Of a stretch of DNA of 64,000 nucleotides, positions 28,023 through 38,081 are shown piece after piece. The stretch comes from an uncultured Bacillota bacterium (GTDB taxonomy: Bacteria; Bacillota; Clostridia; Christensenellales; UBA1242). How positions within the stretch are numbered: the stretch's first letter is position 1; every line of letters begins with the position of its first letter. The notes beneath the pieces were generated by a model. That model worked only from the letters and a program-made list of their open reading frames with translations, had not been told where the DNA came from and did no database searches. The DNA lies in assembly GCA_938034555.1 (NCBI GenBank), contig CALHLT010000015.1, forward strand, positions 4,786 to 68,785, in the 5' to 3' direction. The translations under genes were made by a program, and so were the position numbers.

Positions 28023-29855
28023 TTATTTATTATTTAAGCCAAGTTCTTTTGCTTTTTGGCGAAGACGCATATTATGGTCGAGTTCTTTTTTACGAATTCG
28101 TATGCTTTTTGGGGTTACTTCCAAAAGTTCGTCGTCGCACAAGAATTCAATGCAATCTTCAAGAGTCATAATTCTTGGTGGAATTAAGCGAAGAGCTTCG
28201 TCGGAACCTGAACTTCGGCAGTTTGAAAGGTGTTTTTTCTTGCAAACGTTAACGCAAATGTCGTCGCCTTTTGGATTTTGTCCAACAACCATTCCAGCAT
28301 AAACTTGTGTTCCTGGGGTTATGAAAAGGTCGCCACGTTCTTGCGCATTGAAAAGTCCATAAACAATTGCCTCGCCGGTTTCGAAAGCGATAAGTGAGCC
28401 GTATTCACGGCGGTTGATTGGGCCTTTATATTCTTCATAGCCGCTGAAAACAGATGCCATAATTCCTTCGCCGCGAGTGTCGGTTAAGAATTCCGATTTA
28501 AATCCAAAAAGTCCGCGTTCTGGAATTTTGAATTCCATTTTCATTCTTGAATTATGGTCGGACATTTGAATTAATTCGCCTTTTCTTGTTCCCATTTTAT
28601 TCATGATTGTTCCAACGCAATCGGCAGGAACGTCAATTGTTAAAAGGTCCATTGGTTCAAGTTTCTTCCCGTTTTCTTCCAAGAACAAAACTCTTGGCAT
28701 TGAAACTTGGAATTCATATCCGTCGCGTCGCATATTTTCAATTAAAATTGAAAGATGCATTTCGCCTCGGCCGCAAACTGTGAATGCTTCGGTTGAGGAA
28801 GTGTCGGAAACGCGAAGAGAAAGGTCTTTAACGGCTTCTTTATAAAGTCTTTCGCGAAGGTGACGGCTTGTTACAAATTTTCCTTCTTTTCCTGCAAATG
28901 GACTGTTATTAACCATGAAAGTCATTTCAACGGTTGGTTTGTCGATTTGGACGAACTCAATTGGAGTTGTGTCGAGAGGGGAGCAAACAGTGTCGCCAAT
29001 TTGCGCTTGTTCAATTCCAGCGATGCAAACAATGTCGCCTGCTTTCCCAAGTTCCAAAGGAACGCGTTTAAGCCCAACAAATTCAAAAAGTTGAACAATT
29101 TTCCCTTTAATGTTTCTTTCTTCGTGATAGTTTGTTACAACAACGCTGTCGCCAACTTTTGCTGTTCCTTGCGCAATTTTACCAATAACAAGGCGTCCAA
29201 CAAAGTCGTTATGTTCGGCGGAAGAAATAAGCATTTTGAAAGGTTTCGATTCGTCGCCGCTTGGGGCTGGAATGTGGGAAATGATTGTTTCAAAAAGTGG
29301 TTTCATGTCGGTTCCAAACTTGTTTGGGTCTAAACTTGCGTGGCCTTGGCGAGCGGAGCAATAAACAAATGGACTGTTAAGTTGGTCCTCATTTGCGTCA
29401 AGGTCTAAGAAAAGTTCCAAAATTTCGTCTTGAACTTCGGAAATTCTTGCGTCTGGCTTGTCGATTTTGTTAATAACAACAATAACCTTTAAATTAAGAG
29501 CAAGCGCTTTTTCCAAAACAAAACGTGTTTGAGGCATTGCGCCTTCAAAAGCGTCAACAACAAGCAAAACGCCGTCAACCATTTTTAAAACACGTTCAAC
29601 TTCGCCGCCGAAATCTGCGTGTCCTGGGGTGTCGACAACATTAATTTTAATTCCTTTATACATGCAACTTGCGTTCTTTGAAAGGATTGTGATTCCGCGT
29701 TCGCGTTCCAAAGCGTTTGAATCCATAACTCTGTCTTCAACAACTTGGTTTTCATGAAAAACATTCCCTTGTTTCAAAAGTTCGTTAACAAGAGAGGTTT
29801 TGCCGTGGTCAACGTGGGCAATTATTGCAATGTTTCTAATTTTTTCGTTTGTCAT
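28023..29855 (-). CDS. typA: translational GTPase TypA/BipA
   Basis: [32 protein letters not shown], and 610 aa with EF-G-like domain order. Confidence 0.95.
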   Translation of the reverse strand: MTNEKIRNIAIIAHVDHGKTSLVNELLKQGNVFHENQVVEDRVMDSNALERERGITILSKNASCMYKGIKINVVDTPGHADFGGEVERVLKMVDGVLLVVDAFEGAMPQTRFVLEKALALNLKVIVVINKIDKPDARISEVQDEILELFLDLDANEDQLNSPFVYCSARQGHASLDPNKFGTDMKPLFETIISHIPAPSGDESKPFKMLISSAEHNDFVGRLVIGKIAQGTAKVGDSVVVTNYHEERNIKGKIVQLFEFVGLKRVPLELGKAGDIVCIAGIEQAQIGDTVCSPLDTTPIEFVQIDKPTVEMTFMVNNSPFAGKEGKFVTSRHLRERLYKEAVKDLSLRVSDTSSTEAFTVCGRGEMHLSILIENMRRDGYEFQVSMPRVLFLEENGKKLEPMDLLTIDVPADCVGTIMNKMGTRKGELIQMSDHNSRMKMEFKIPERGLFGFKSEFLTDTRGEGIMASVFSGYEEYKGPINRREYGSLIAFETGEAIVYGLFNAQERGDLFITPGTQVYAGMVVGQNPKGDDICVNVCKKKHLSNCRSSGSDEALRLIPPRIMTLEDCIEFLCDDELLEVTPKSIRIRKKELDHNMRLRQKAKELGLNNK

Positions 29856-29984
29856 ATATTTTTTTCCTTCGTTAATTTTAACCTAATTTATTATTTATAT
29901 AATTAAGACTTTTCGAGTATAACACTTGAAAGGGCGGCTTGCAAGTGAAAAAGCAAAAAAGTTTGAAAAAAGTTTGATTTTTTA

Positions 29985-30013
29985 TTGACAAACGCGTTAA
30001 AACAATATAGAAT
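29985..30013 (+). promoter_or_regulatory. promoter of tRNA-Gln
   Basis: TTGACA-17 nt-TAGAAT, ending 11 nt before the tRNA 5' end. Confidence 0.6.
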
Positions 30014-30024
30014 ATTTCACGCTA

Positions 30025-30099
30025 AGGGGTGTAGCCAAGCGGTAAGGCACCAGACTTTGACTCTGGCATGCGTAGGTTCAAATCCTGCCACCCCTGCCA
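30025..30099 (+). tRNA. tRNA-Gln (anticodon UUG), CCA encoded
   Basis: Hand-folded cloverleaf: acceptor AGGGGTG/CACCCCT, anticodon loop ACTTTGA, T-arm GTAGG-TTCAAAT-CCTGC, 3' GCCA. Confidence 0.9.
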
Positions 30100-30103
30100 A
30101 AGA

Positions 30104-30127
30104 AAAGCCCAAATGGGCTTTTTTTTT
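30104..30127 (+). terminator. tRNA-Gln terminator
   Basis: AAGCCC-aaat-GGGCTT followed by a T-run of at least 7. Confidence 0.8.
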
Positions 30128-30194
30128 ATTTAAATTAAATTTTATTTCGTAAAAAATTTTAAACGATTAAAAAAGAAAAAACTAAGGAATTTTA

Positions 30195-30224
30195 TTAAAA
30201 AAGAAAGCCAAGGGGCTTTCTTTA
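30195..30224 (-). terminator. tRNA-His terminator
   Basis: AGAAAGCC-aagg-GGCTTTCT hairpin with a U-run on the minus strand. Confidence 0.65.
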
Positions 30225-30230
30225 ATTTTA

Positions 30231-30308
30231 TGGGGTGGAAGATGAGATTCGAACTCACGACCTCTGGTGCCACAAACCAGCGCTCTAACCAGCTGAGCTA
30301 CATCCACC
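30231..30308 (-). tRNA. tRNA-His (anticodon GUG) with encoded G-1 and CCA
   Basis: Reverse complement folds as G-1 plus GTGGATG acceptor, D-arm GCTC/GAGC, anticodon loop TTGTGGC, T-loop TTCGAAT, and discriminator C pairing G-1. One T-T mismatch in the acceptor stem. Confidence 0.88.
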
Positions 30309-30329
30309 ATATTTTGAAATTCTTTTAAG

Positions 30330-30358
30330 AGTATACCGATTAAAAGGGCGATTGTCAA
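30330..30358 (-). promoter_or_regulatory. promoter of tRNA-His
   Basis: Minus strand reads TTGACA-17 nt-TATACT. Confidence 0.6.
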
Positions 30359-30436
30359 CAATTTTTGGACAAAATATTTTACTTTAAATAAAATTTATAT
30401 TTGGAAATGGGAAATAATTGTGGTAAAATCAAAACG

Positions 30437-31768
30437 ATGAAAAAACCACTTGTTGCAATTGTTGGAAGACCTAACACAGGAAAGAGCACATTTTTCAACA
30501 GAATTTGCGGAAAAAGAATTAGTATTACCAATGACATGCCGGGCGTAACGCGCGACAGAATTTATGCTGACGCAACTTGGGTTGGGAAGGTTTTCACGCT
30601 TGTTGACACGGGCGGGCTCGACAGCAAAAGCGACGATGTTTTTCAAAAAACAATTCGCTCGCAGGCGCAAATTGCAATTGACCTTGCAGATGTTATTATT
30701 CTCATGGTTGACGGCAAAGACGGGCTTACGCAAGCAGACGAAGAAGTTGCAACTCTTCTTAGAAAAACAAAGAAAAAAGTTATTCTTGTTGTTAATAAAC
30801 TTGATAGATTTGAAGTTGAAAACACCTATGATTTCTATTCTCTTGGGCTTGGGCATCCTTTCCCAATTTCTTGCGAGCAAGGGAAAGGGCTTGGTGAAGT
30901 TTTGGACGAAATTGTTGCGTCGCCTTGCTTTAAAGATTCTGCGCTTGAAGGCGAGGAAGATGAGAGAATTAAGATTGCTGTTGTTGGGCGACCAAACGCC
31001 GGGAAAAGTTCAATTGTTAACCGTCTTCTTGGGGAAGAAAGGGTTGTTGTTTCAAACGTTGCGGGAACAACGCGCGACGCAATTGACACGCCTTTTAAGT
31101 ATAACGGGAAAGAATATGTTTTAATTGACACGGCGGGAATTCGACGCCAAAGAAGCGTTGAACGCGAAAGTGTTGAGGGATATTCTGTTATTCGCGCAAT
31201 GGAAGCAATTAAGCGCGCAGATGTTGTTTTGATTGTTTTTGACGCAAGCCAAGAAATAAGCGAACAAGATGTTCGAATTGCAGGATATGTTCATGAAGAA
31301 GGAAAGCCAAGTTTGGTTGTTATGAACAAATGGGATTTAGTTTCGAAAGATGAAGGAACAATTTTGTCATACACAAAAATGCTTGAAGAAAAACTTTCTT
31401 TCATGAGTTATTTTAAACCTCTTTTTGTTTCGGCTTTAAACGGAAAGCGTCTTGAAAAAATTATGCCAAGCATAATTGAAGTTAAGGAAAACAATTCAAG
31501 GAGAGTTACAACGGGAACGCTTAACGAGGTTATTCAAAAAGCACTTCTTGCGCAAGAACCTCCAACAAAGGCGGGACGCAGACTTAAAATTTTGTATGGA
31601 ACGCAAGCAGAAATTTGTCCTCCAACTTTTGTTATTTTTGTTAATGACGCAAGTTTAGTTCATTTTTCATATCAAAGATTCTTGGAAAATCGTCTTCGAG
31701 ATGCAATTAATTTCGAGGGAACTCCAATTAAACTTATTTTCAAAAACAGGAAAGAAAAGGAGCAATAG
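30437..31768 (+). CDS. der: ribosome-associated GTPase Der (EngA)
   Basis: Two G-domains (GRPNTGKST and GRPNAGKSS) plus a KH-like C-terminus. Start trimmed to MKKPLVAIVG (ATG 30437); the ORF track starts at 30401. Confidence 0.93.
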   Translation: MKKPLVAIVGRPNTGKSTFFNRICGKRISITNDMPGVTRDRIYADATWVGKVFTLVDTGGLDSKSDDVFQKTIRSQAQIAIDLADVIILMVDGKDGLTQADEEVATLLRKTKKKVILVVNKLDRFEVENTYDFYSLGLGHPFPISCEQGKGLGEVLDEIVASPCFKDSALEGEEDERIKIAVVGRPNAGKSSIVNRLLGEERVVVSNVAGTTRDAIDTPFKYNGKEYVLIDTAGIRRQRSVERESVEGYSVIRAMEAIKRADVVLIVFDASQEISEQDVRIAGYVHEEGKPSLVVMNKWDLVSKDEGTILSYTKMLEEKLSFMSYFKPLFVSALNGKRLEKIMPSIIEVKENNSRRVTTGTLNEVIQKALLAQEPPTKAGRRLKILYGTQAEICPPTFVIFVNDASLVHFSYQRFLENRLRDAINFEGTPIKLIFKNRKEKEQ

Positions 31769-31771
31769 CCA

Positions 31772-32527
31772 ATGGAATGGTGGAGATACGTTATTGTTAT
31801 TGTTGTTTCCTATTTCCTTGGGAACATTAACTTTGCGCGTATTCTTTCAAAAAAAGTTTTGAAAGACGACATAACAAAGCAGGGAAGCGGAAATCCGGGA
31901 ACAATGAATATGCTTCGTTCGTTTGGATTTAAAGCGGGAATTTTAACGCTGTTTTTAGACGCGCTTAAAGGTTCGGCGGCGGCTCTTTTAGGGTTCTTCC
32001 TTTTCAAAGGATATGAAGGAGCATATGTTGACATTTGGGGCTTGCATTCTTCGGCGGAAGCAATGATGGGGCTTTATATTGGCGGTCTTAGCGTTATGAT
32101 TGGCCATAATTTCCCTGTTGTTTATAAATTTAAAGGCGGAAAGGGCGTTGCTTGTATGCTTGGAGTTTACGCAGTTTCCTCGCCAATTTGGGTTGCAATT
32201 TGCTTTGTTTTTGGGTTTATTTACCTATATATTTTCGAATATGCAGCGGTTACATCTTTTCTTTTCATCTCAATTGTAACCTTCATTGAGGCTCTTAAAT
32301 ATACAGGCGCAAATGCTAACTTACCTGTTACAATTTTGCTCTTTGTTATGTATTGCTTAACTTGGTTTATGCACAGGCAAAACATTTTCCGTTTGCTTGT
32401 TGGAACGGAAAACAAGGCGAATTTGAAAGCGTCGCTTAAAAAGATGTATTCCAAGAAAGAAATTAAGCAAGAGAAAAAAGAAATTAAACAAGAGAAAAAA
32501 GAAGACAAGAAAAAGGAAATTGGCTGA
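31772..32527 (+). CDS. plsY: glycerol-3-phosphate acyltransferase PlsY (with repeated K/E C-terminal tail)
   Basis: GSGNPGTMN motif and a polytopic membrane profile. The tail reads KKEIKQEKKEIKQEKKEDKKKE. Confidence 0.9.
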   Translation: MEWWRYVIVIVVSYFLGNINFARILSKKVLKDDITKQGSGNPGTMNMLRSFGFKAGILTLFLDALKGSAAALLGFFLFKGYEGAYVDIWGLHSSAEAMMGLYIGGLSVMIGHNFPVVYKFKGGKGVACMLGVYAVSSPIWVAICFVFGFIYLYIFEYAAVTSFLFISIVTFIEALKYTGANANLPVTILLFVMYCLTWFMHRQNIFRLLVGTENKANLKASLKKMYSKKEIKQEKKEIKQEKKEDKKKEIG

Positions 32528-33934
32528 TTGGATATTAAAAACCTTAAACAAAAGAAGCTTAAAGAAAACTTAAGAAAAAAACAGAGCGATATGGCTCGTG
32601 TTTTTGTTGACGAAAACAATCTTTCAATTTATAGAGATACTCAAAAATGTATTAAATGCGGACGCTGCAAAACTGCTTGCGAAAATGCAACAGGTCTTGG
32701 CGAATTTTATGGTGTTAACAAAGAAGGAGCACCAAGTGTTTGTCTTAACTGCGGGCAATGCACAATTGCTTGCGGCTCGAATGCGCTTTTTGAAAAGGAA
32801 AGTTATTCAAAGGTTTTTAAGGAACTTGAAAACTACGATAAACTTCTTGTTGTTTCAGCCGCGCCCGCTGTTCGTGTTGCTCTTGCCGAGGAATTTGGAT
32901 TTGCGCCAGGGCAATATGACGAAGGAAGAATGATAACTGCGCTTCGAATGCTTGGGTTCGACTATGTTTTTGATGTCACTTTTGGGGCAGATTTAACAGT
33001 TATTGAAGAGGCAAGCGAACTTATTGAAAGAATAACAAAAAAAACGAAACCGCTTCCAATGCTGTCAAGTTGTTGCCCTGCGTGGGTTAGATTTGTTGAA
33101 CTTTTTGAGCCAGAGTTAATTCCAAACCTGTCTTCAACAAAAAGCCCAATTTCAATTCAAGGGGCAATTATAAAAACATATTTTGCGCGCATGAAAAAGG
33201 TTAAGCCCGAAAATGTTGTTCATGTTGTTATTGCGCCATGCACGGCAAAAAAATATGAAATATCGCGCGAAGAACTTTCAATTTCCGACGATTTTGGATA
33301 TATGCCGGGAATTCATGATGTTGACTATGTTTTAACAACTCGAGAACTTGCGCATATGATTCGAAAACAAAACATTCCATATGGAAATTTGTATGAAGGA
33401 ACTTTCGATAAAATTTGTTCAAGAGGCTCGGGAAGCGGCTTAATTTTTGGGGCAAGCGGCGGCGTTACAGAGGCTGTTTTGCGCGAGGCAAACTATATGT
33501 TAACCGGAAAAGAGCCAGACGAAAAACTTTTAAAACTTGAAAAAGTTCGTGGGCTTGCAGGAGTTAAAGAAGACGAAGTTAACATTGGCGGGGCAATTGT
33601 TAAGGTTGCAGCAGTTTCGGGGCTTCGAAATTTCCACTTGCTTTTGCAAAAAATTAAAGAAGGGAAAGCCGATTACGATTTCATTGAGGTTATGGCATGC
33701 GCGGCGGGATGCGCCGGAGGCGGCGGACAACCAAAAAAAGTTGACGATTTCATTAGGCAAAAACGAATTGATGCTTTATACTTAAAAGACGAAGAAACGG
33801 AAATTCGTTCGGCGCATAACAACCCAGAAATTAAGCAAATTTATTCCGAATTTTTGGGCGAACCGATTGGAGAAACAAGCGAATTGCTTCTTCACACAAC
33901 ATATTTCAATCGTTCTTCGGAAATTTTAAAATAG
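32528..33934 (+). CDS. hydA: [FeFe]-hydrogenase (2x[4Fe-4S] ferredoxin domain plus H-cluster domain)
   Basis: [11 protein letters not shown] / [11 protein letters not shown], and H-cluster motifs [36 protein letters not shown] start at 32528 is uncertain; ATG 32591 is the alternative. Confidence 0.88.
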   Translation: MDIKNLKQKKLKENLRKKQSDMARVFVDENNLSIYRDTQKCIKCGRCKTACENATGLGEFYGVNKEGAPSVCLNCGQCTIACGSNALFEKESYSKVFKELENYDKLLVVSAAPAVRVALAEEFGFAPGQYDEGRMITALRMLGFDYVFDVTFGADLTVIEEASELIERITKKTKPLPMLSSCCPAWVRFVELFEPELIPNLSSTKSPISIQGAIIKTYFARMKKVKPENVVHVVIAPCTAKKYEISREELSISDDFGYMPGIHDVDYVLTTRELAHMIRKQNIPYGNLYEGTFDKICSRGSGSGLIFGASGGVTEAVLREANYMLTGKEPDEKLLKLEKVRGLAGVKEDEVNIGGAIVKVAAVSGLRNFHLLLQKIKEGKADYDFIEVMACAAGCAGGGGQPKKVDDFIRQKRIDALYLKDEETEIRSAHNNPEIKQIYSEFLGEPIGETSELLLHTTYFNRSSEILK

Positions 33935-33948
33935 AAAGGAGAAAAATT

Positions 33949-34479
33949 ATGGAACTTAAAGGATCTAAAACAGAAAAAAATTTAATGGAAGCGTTTGCGG
34001 GCGAAAGCCAAGCAAGAAATAAGTATACATATTATGCTTCAAAAGCAAGAAAAGACGGATATGAAGAGATTGCAAACATTTTTGAAGAAACAGCAGGAAA
34101 CGAAAAAGAACACGCAAAAATGTGGTTTAAAGCGCTTCATGGCGGCACGGTTCCAATGACCCTTGAAAACTTGCTTGATGCAGCAGCAGGCGAGCATGGG
34201 GAATGGACAGAAATGTATGCAAGAATGGCAAAAGAAGCAAGAGAAGAAGGGTTCGACCGTCTTGCATATCAATTTGAAGCAGTTGCAGCAATTGAAAAAC
34301 ATCATGAGGAGCGTTATCAAAAACTTGTTGAAGAAATTAGAAACGGCTCAACATTCAAAAAAGATGAAATTGTTGCATGGAAATGTTTAAACTGCGGACA
34401 CATTCATTTTGGGAAAGAACCACCAAAAGTTTGCCCAGTTTGCGACCACCCACAAAGCTACTTTACAACAAGAGTTTAA
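33949..34479 (+). CDS. rbr: rubrerythrin
   Basis: Ferritin-like diiron domain ([10 protein letters not shown]..., [16 protein letters not shown]-type motifs) plus a C-terminal rubredoxin-like CLNCG...CPVC. Confidence 0.92.
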   Translation: MELKGSKTEKNLMEAFAGESQARNKYTYYASKARKDGYEEIANIFEETAGNEKEHAKMWFKALHGGTVPMTLENLLDAAAGEHGEWTEMYARMAKEAREEGFDRLAYQFEAVAAIEKHHEERYQKLVEEIRNGSTFKKDEIVAWKCLNCGHIHFGKEPPKVCPVCDHPQSYFTTRV

Positions 34480-34500
34480 AAGCGCAAATGCGCTTTTTCT
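34478..34500 (+). terminator. rubrerythrin terminator
   Basis: AGCGC-aaat-GCGCT followed by T5. Confidence 0.7.
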
Positions 34501-34515
34501 TTTAGGAAGGCAAAG

Positions 34516-35766
34516 ATGACAAAAGTTTTAAGCGAATATGAAAAAGATAAGCAAGAGAAAAAACAATTGCTTGTTAGAAATGAATTCCTATATTTTGAAA
34601 AGTCAAGCGGGAAATATGAGTTTCCAATTATAAAAAAACAAAATATTAACATAGATGATATTAACTTTTTAAGTTATAACGATGCAAAACTTAATGATTT
34701 GGAAAATTTAGATAAAACTATACATTTCTTTACTTACGATTGGAAATTTGAAAAAGTTTATGAAAATCCGAAAGTTGAACTTGAGAAACTTAAACAATAT
34801 AAGTATGTTTTAAGCCCAGATTTTAGCATTTTCACTAATATGCCAATTGCGCTTCAAATTGAAAGTGTGTTTAAAAATCGTTGGTGCGGTGCGTTTTGGC
34901 AAAAAAATGGGATTAAAGTTATTCCAACTGTAAGTTGGGGAGATGAAAGAAGTTTCGATTTTTGTTTCGATGGAATTGAACAAGGTTCAGTTGTTGCCGT
35001 TTGCACTTTTTATCGAGAAAATTGTGAAGAAGAGTTTATGCTTGGATATAACGAAATGCTTAAACGAATTAAACCAAGTTTTGTTATTTGCTATGACGAT
35101 CCGTTCCCAAGCATGAAAGGAAATTTTAAAAGTTTTCTTCCAACAACCTATCAGTGGACAAAAAACTTGGGATGGAAAGATTTAATTCAGTTTAAGTGGG
35201 AAAAACAAAATTTAAATGTTTCAGGATTAAATAAGGAAGATTTTAAATTTTTCGATTATGACGACCCCTATGTTAAAGACCAAATTGTTAATTGCTCAAT
35301 TTGCGGAAAACTTGCAGTTCAGGATCAATATGGAAACGGGGAGTGCCCGAACTGCGGCTGGAAGTTTAGCAAAGATGAAAAAGGACTTGAAAAAGATTTG
35401 GGAATAAGTTATCCAATGCTTGTTTCGCCAACAATGGCAAGAAAACAATATACTCTTGGAAAACCTTTTAAAGCAACATTTGAAGAATTTGTTAATGGAT
35501 TAAAATTTTATAGTGAAATGACTTTTAAATTCAAAAACAAAAACTATGGCGTGTTTTTTTACAGCGTCAATTTAAACAAAGTTAAAACCGCAAAAGAATT
35601 GGACGGCGTTGTTGAGTTTTTTCAAGATAAAAAGCCAGAAAGCACTCAAACCTTTCCAACAATTAAAAGTTTCATGGAAAATGCAACAATTGAGGGCAAA
35701 CGCCTTCAAGAACTTTGGGACGAAGTTTCTTTTGCAGGATTTATGTATTGCGGAGAGGGAATATAA
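34516..35766 (+). CDS. hypothetical protein, DUF4417-like N-domain plus Zn-ribbon (416 aa)
   Basis: The segment FFTYDWKFE...SPDFSIFTNMP...NRWCGAFWQKNGIKVIPTVSWG recalls DUF4417 from memory only. A CSICG...CPNCG zinc ribbon lies mid-protein. Confidence 0.55.
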   Translation: MTKVLSEYEKDKQEKKQLLVRNEFLYFEKSSGKYEFPIIKKQNINIDDINFLSYNDAKLNDLENLDKTIHFFTYDWKFEKVYENPKVELEKLKQYKYVLSPDFSIFTNMPIALQIESVFKNRWCGAFWQKNGIKVIPTVSWGDERSFDFCFDGIEQGSVVAVCTFYRENCEEEFMLGYNEMLKRIKPSFVICYDDPFPSMKGNFKSFLPTTYQWTKNLGWKDLIQFKWEKQNLNVSGLNKEDFKFFDYDDPYVKDQIVNCSICGKLAVQDQYGNGECPNCGWKFSKDEKGLEKDLGISYPMLVSPTMARKQYTLGKPFKATFEEFVNGLKFYSEMTFKFKNKNYGVFFYSVNLNKVKTAKELDGVVEFFQDKKPESTQTFPTIKSFMENATIEGKRLQELWDEVSFAGFMYCGEGI

Positions 35767-35793
35767 AAGACCGAATTATTCGGTCTTTTTTTT
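35766..35793. terminator. bidirectional terminator between convergent genes
   Basis: 10-bp stem AAAGACCGAA-tta-TTCGGTCTTT with a T-run. Confidence 0.75.
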
Positions 35794-35795
35794 AT

Positions 35796-35999
35796 TTAAA
35801 ATTCAACGTCTTCAACGAATTCGTCAATTGTTATTTTGAAGATTTTGCACATTTTCATAATGTAGACGATGCTTGGAACATACGCGTCTTTTTCCCATTT
35901 TCCAACTGCAGTGTAAAAAATTCCAAGTTTTTGGGCGAGGCTTCTTTGTGATAGTCCGTTTAAATTCCTGTAATACTTAATTTTTTCTCCAATAGTCAT
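35796..35999 (-). CDS. XRE-family HTH transcriptional regulator (67 aa)
   Basis: IGEKIKYYRNLNGLSQRSLAQKLGIFYTAVGKWEKD matches the canonical Cro/C1-type HTH. Confidence 0.85.
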   Translation of the reverse strand: MTIGEKIKYYRNLNGLSQRSLAQKLGIFYTAVGKWEKDAYVPSIVYIMKMCKIFKITIDEFVEDVEF

Positions 36000-36032
36000 A
36001 TAATTATGTTACCCTAATTGGGGACAAAATAC

Positions 36033-36061
36033 TTGACAGCACCCGCATAGGGTGCTATAAA
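36033..36061 (+). promoter_or_regulatory. promoter with palindromic operator in the spacer
   Basis: TTGACA-17 nt-TATAAA. The spacer is GCACCC-gcata-GGGTGC (36039-36055), a likely repressor site, possibly for the divergent XRE gene. Confidence 0.55.
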
Positions 36062-36067
36062 TTTATT

Positions 36068-36391
36068 ATGACATTTGACGAAATTAAAGAAATTGATTTA
36101 AAGGCATGTGGTATTTACGAATTAAGAGAAATAGGAAGACAAATTGGTGTTCAGCATCCTACAATGAGGAAAAGAAATGATTTAGAAAATGAAATTCGAC
36201 TAATTCTTGATCATAAAAAGTTACCTTGGCGTGAAAATCCAAAAATTGGGAGAAAAGCAAAAAAACTTAGAATTTCATTTGTTGATGAAATATATAGACA
36301 GGAATATATAGCAATGCTGACTGAACAACTTGAAAAAGAGTTTGAATTTATCAAAAAACACATTCAAAATTTTATTCAAAAAAATTTTTAA
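36068..36391 (+). CDS. hypothetical protein with Rho_N/SAP-like N-terminal helix-hairpin (107 aa)
   Basis: The LKACGIYELREIGRQIGV pattern resembles Rho N-terminal/SAP-like motifs. Otherwise unknown. Confidence 0.5.
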   Translation: MTFDEIKEIDLKACGIYELREIGRQIGVQHPTMRKRNDLENEIRLILDHKKLPWRENPKIGRKAKKLRISFVDEIYRQEYIAMLTEQLEKEFEFIKKHIQNFIQKNF

Positions 36392-36409
36392 AAAAGTGGC
36401 ACAAAATGC

Positions 36410-36438
36410 TTGACAATGATCTTTTGCAGAGCTATAAT
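36410..36438 (+). promoter_or_regulatory. hrcA-operon promoter
   Basis: Perfect TTGACA (36410-36415), 17 nt, TATAAT (36433-36438). Confidence 0.75.
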
Positions 36439-36441
36439 GTG

Positions 36442-36468
36442 CTAGCACTTGAAAGAAGAGAGTGCTAG
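36442..36468 (+). promoter_or_regulatory. CIRCE operator (HrcA binding site)
   Basis: CTAGCACTT-N9-GAGTGCTAG versus consensus TTAGCACTC-N9-GAGTGCTAA, immediately after the -10. Confidence 0.9.
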
Positions 36469-36517
36469 CAATAAATTTAATCTTATTGCATACAATTATA
36501 AAGTCGAGGGAAAAAAG

Positions 36518-37540
36518 TTGAAACTTAGCGAAAGGAAAAAAGAAATTCTTCTTGCAACAATTGAGGACTATATTAAAGATGCAAGCCCAATAACAAGCAA
36601 TTGTGTTAAAGAAAGACATCTTCCAAACATAAGTTCGGCAACTTTGCGTTTTGAACTTAACGCGCTTGAAGCCATGGGGTTTTTGAAACAACTTCACACT
36701 TCTGGCGGGCGAATTCCAACAACGCAGGGTTATAGATTTTATGTTGAAAATTTGCTTGGCGATTTTAAGTTTGAACCTTCGAAAATTGACCGCGTTGGCG
36801 AAATTTTAAGCGAAAGAACAAAATCTGTTAATGAAATTGTTTCGGAACTTGCAAATTTAATTAGCGAAGCGACGAACTATCCAACCGTTGTTATGATGGA
36901 CGGATATGACAATTTGGTTATCGAAGAAATTAAAATTGTTTCTTTGCTTAATGAAACGGCGCTTATCTTACTTGGAACACGAAACGGAATTGTTAGCTTT
37001 TCAATTAAGTCGAAAGCAAGCCAAAAATCTTGCGATGACGCGGCAAAACTTCTAACAAAAAAATTTCGTGGCGAAACAATTGGGTTTATGACAGAAAACA
37101 TTAACTTTGTTGAAAAGGAAATTAACAAAGAAGTTGGCGACTATAAGTTCATTGCGCAAAGCCTTTTAAACGAACTTAAAAAACTTTCTCAAAGTAAATA
37201 TGTTGGAGTTAAAAACAAAGGTTCGTTCAAACTTTTGGAAAGCGGGGAAGAGAGAACAGTTGTTGGAACAAAGCGAACTCTTCAACTTTTGGAAGATGAA
37301 GATGAACTTGAAAACTTGCTTTTAACCGATGAAAAAGAACTTAGCGTTGACCTTTCCGACGACGATGAAGCCCTTGGCGGAGTTGCAATTGTTAAAGCCC
37401 CGTTGGTGGTTTCGGGAAGATATGTTGGAACAATTGGTGTGTTTGGCCCTCAAAGAATGGATTATATGTCAATTGCGTCAGCACTTAAATTCCTTACAAA
37501 CGAAATGGAAAATCTTGATAGATTGGAGGATAAAAAATGA
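36518..37540 (+). CDS. hrcA: heat-inducible transcription repressor HrcA
   Basis: LSERKKEILLATIEDYI...HTSGGRIPTTQGYRFYV. Start set at TTG 36518, 7 nt after GAGGG. The listed TTG 36449 lies inside CIRCE. Confidence 0.9.
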   Translation: MKLSERKKEILLATIEDYIKDASPITSNCVKERHLPNISSATLRFELNALEAMGFLKQLHTSGGRIPTTQGYRFYVENLLGDFKFEPSKIDRVGEILSERTKSVNEIVSELANLISEATNYPTVVMMDGYDNLVIEEIKIVSLLNETALILLGTRNGIVSFSIKSKASQKSCDDAAKLLTKKFRGETIGFMTENINFVEKEINKEVGDYKFIAQSLLNELKKLSQSKYVGVKNKGSFKLLESGEERTVVGTKRTLQLLEDEDELENLLLTDEKELSVDLSDDDEALGGVAIVKAPLVVSGRYVGTIGVFGPQRMDYMSIASALKFLTNEMENLDRLEDKK

Positions 37541-38061
37541 GCAAAAAAGAGCACGAAAAAGAAAAGAAAGAATGTTGCCGTGAAAACGAATGTTGCAATG
37601 AGCATAAGTGCGAATGCGAATGTTCCTGCGAGCCAGAAAAGAATGAATATCTTGAAATGGCGCAACGAATTCAAGCGGAATTTGACAACTATCGCAAGCG
37701 TTCGAATGACATTGTTAAGGTTTCAAGGCAAGATGGAATTATTGAGGCGGTTTTAAGGTTTTTGCCTGCAATCGATTCAATTGAAAAAGCAAAACAAATG
37801 ATAACAGATAAGAAAACCTTGGAAGGAATTGAGCTTATTGAAAAAGAACTTAAAAATTCCTTAAAAGCGCTTAGCATTGAGGAAATTGAAGCAAAAGGAA
37901 AGGTTTTTGACCCAAAACTTCACAATGTTATTGCAGTTAAATATGATAATTCGCTTGGCGATTCCGTTATAACAGATGTTTACCAAGCTGGTTATAAAAT
38001 TGGCGACCGAGTTTTACGATATTCCCAAGTTATCGTTAACAAGGTCAAAGAAAATAATTAA
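37537..38061 (+). CDS. grpE: nucleotide exchange factor GrpE (Cys-rich N-terminus)
   Basis: AEFDNYRKR motif and a C-terminal beta domain. ATGA overlap with hrcA. Confidence 0.9.
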   Translation: MSKKEHEKEKKECCRENECCNEHKCECECSCEPEKNEYLEMAQRIQAEFDNYRKRSNDIVKVSRQDGIIEAVLRFLPAIDSIEKAKQMITDKKTLEGIELIEKELKNSLKALSIEEIEAKGKVFDPKLHNVIAVKYDNSLGDSVITDVYQAGYKIGDRVLRYSQVIVNKVKENN

Positions 38062-38081
38062 AAGAAAGGAGATATACGAAT

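Noticed and set aside
30231-30308. Possibility that the tRNA-His is a pseudogene, because of a T-T mismatch in the acceptor stem.
   Set aside because: All other arms, the G-1:C73 pair, the GUG anticodon loop, the T-loop, and its own promoter and terminator are intact. A single acceptor mismatch is tolerated in functional tRNAs.
36449-36517. TTG start at 36449 for hrcA, as given in the ORF track.
   Set aside because: The codon lies inside the CIRCE inverted repeat, immediately after the -10. TTG 36518 has a GAGGG SD and yields the canonical HrcA N-terminus (LSERKKEIL).
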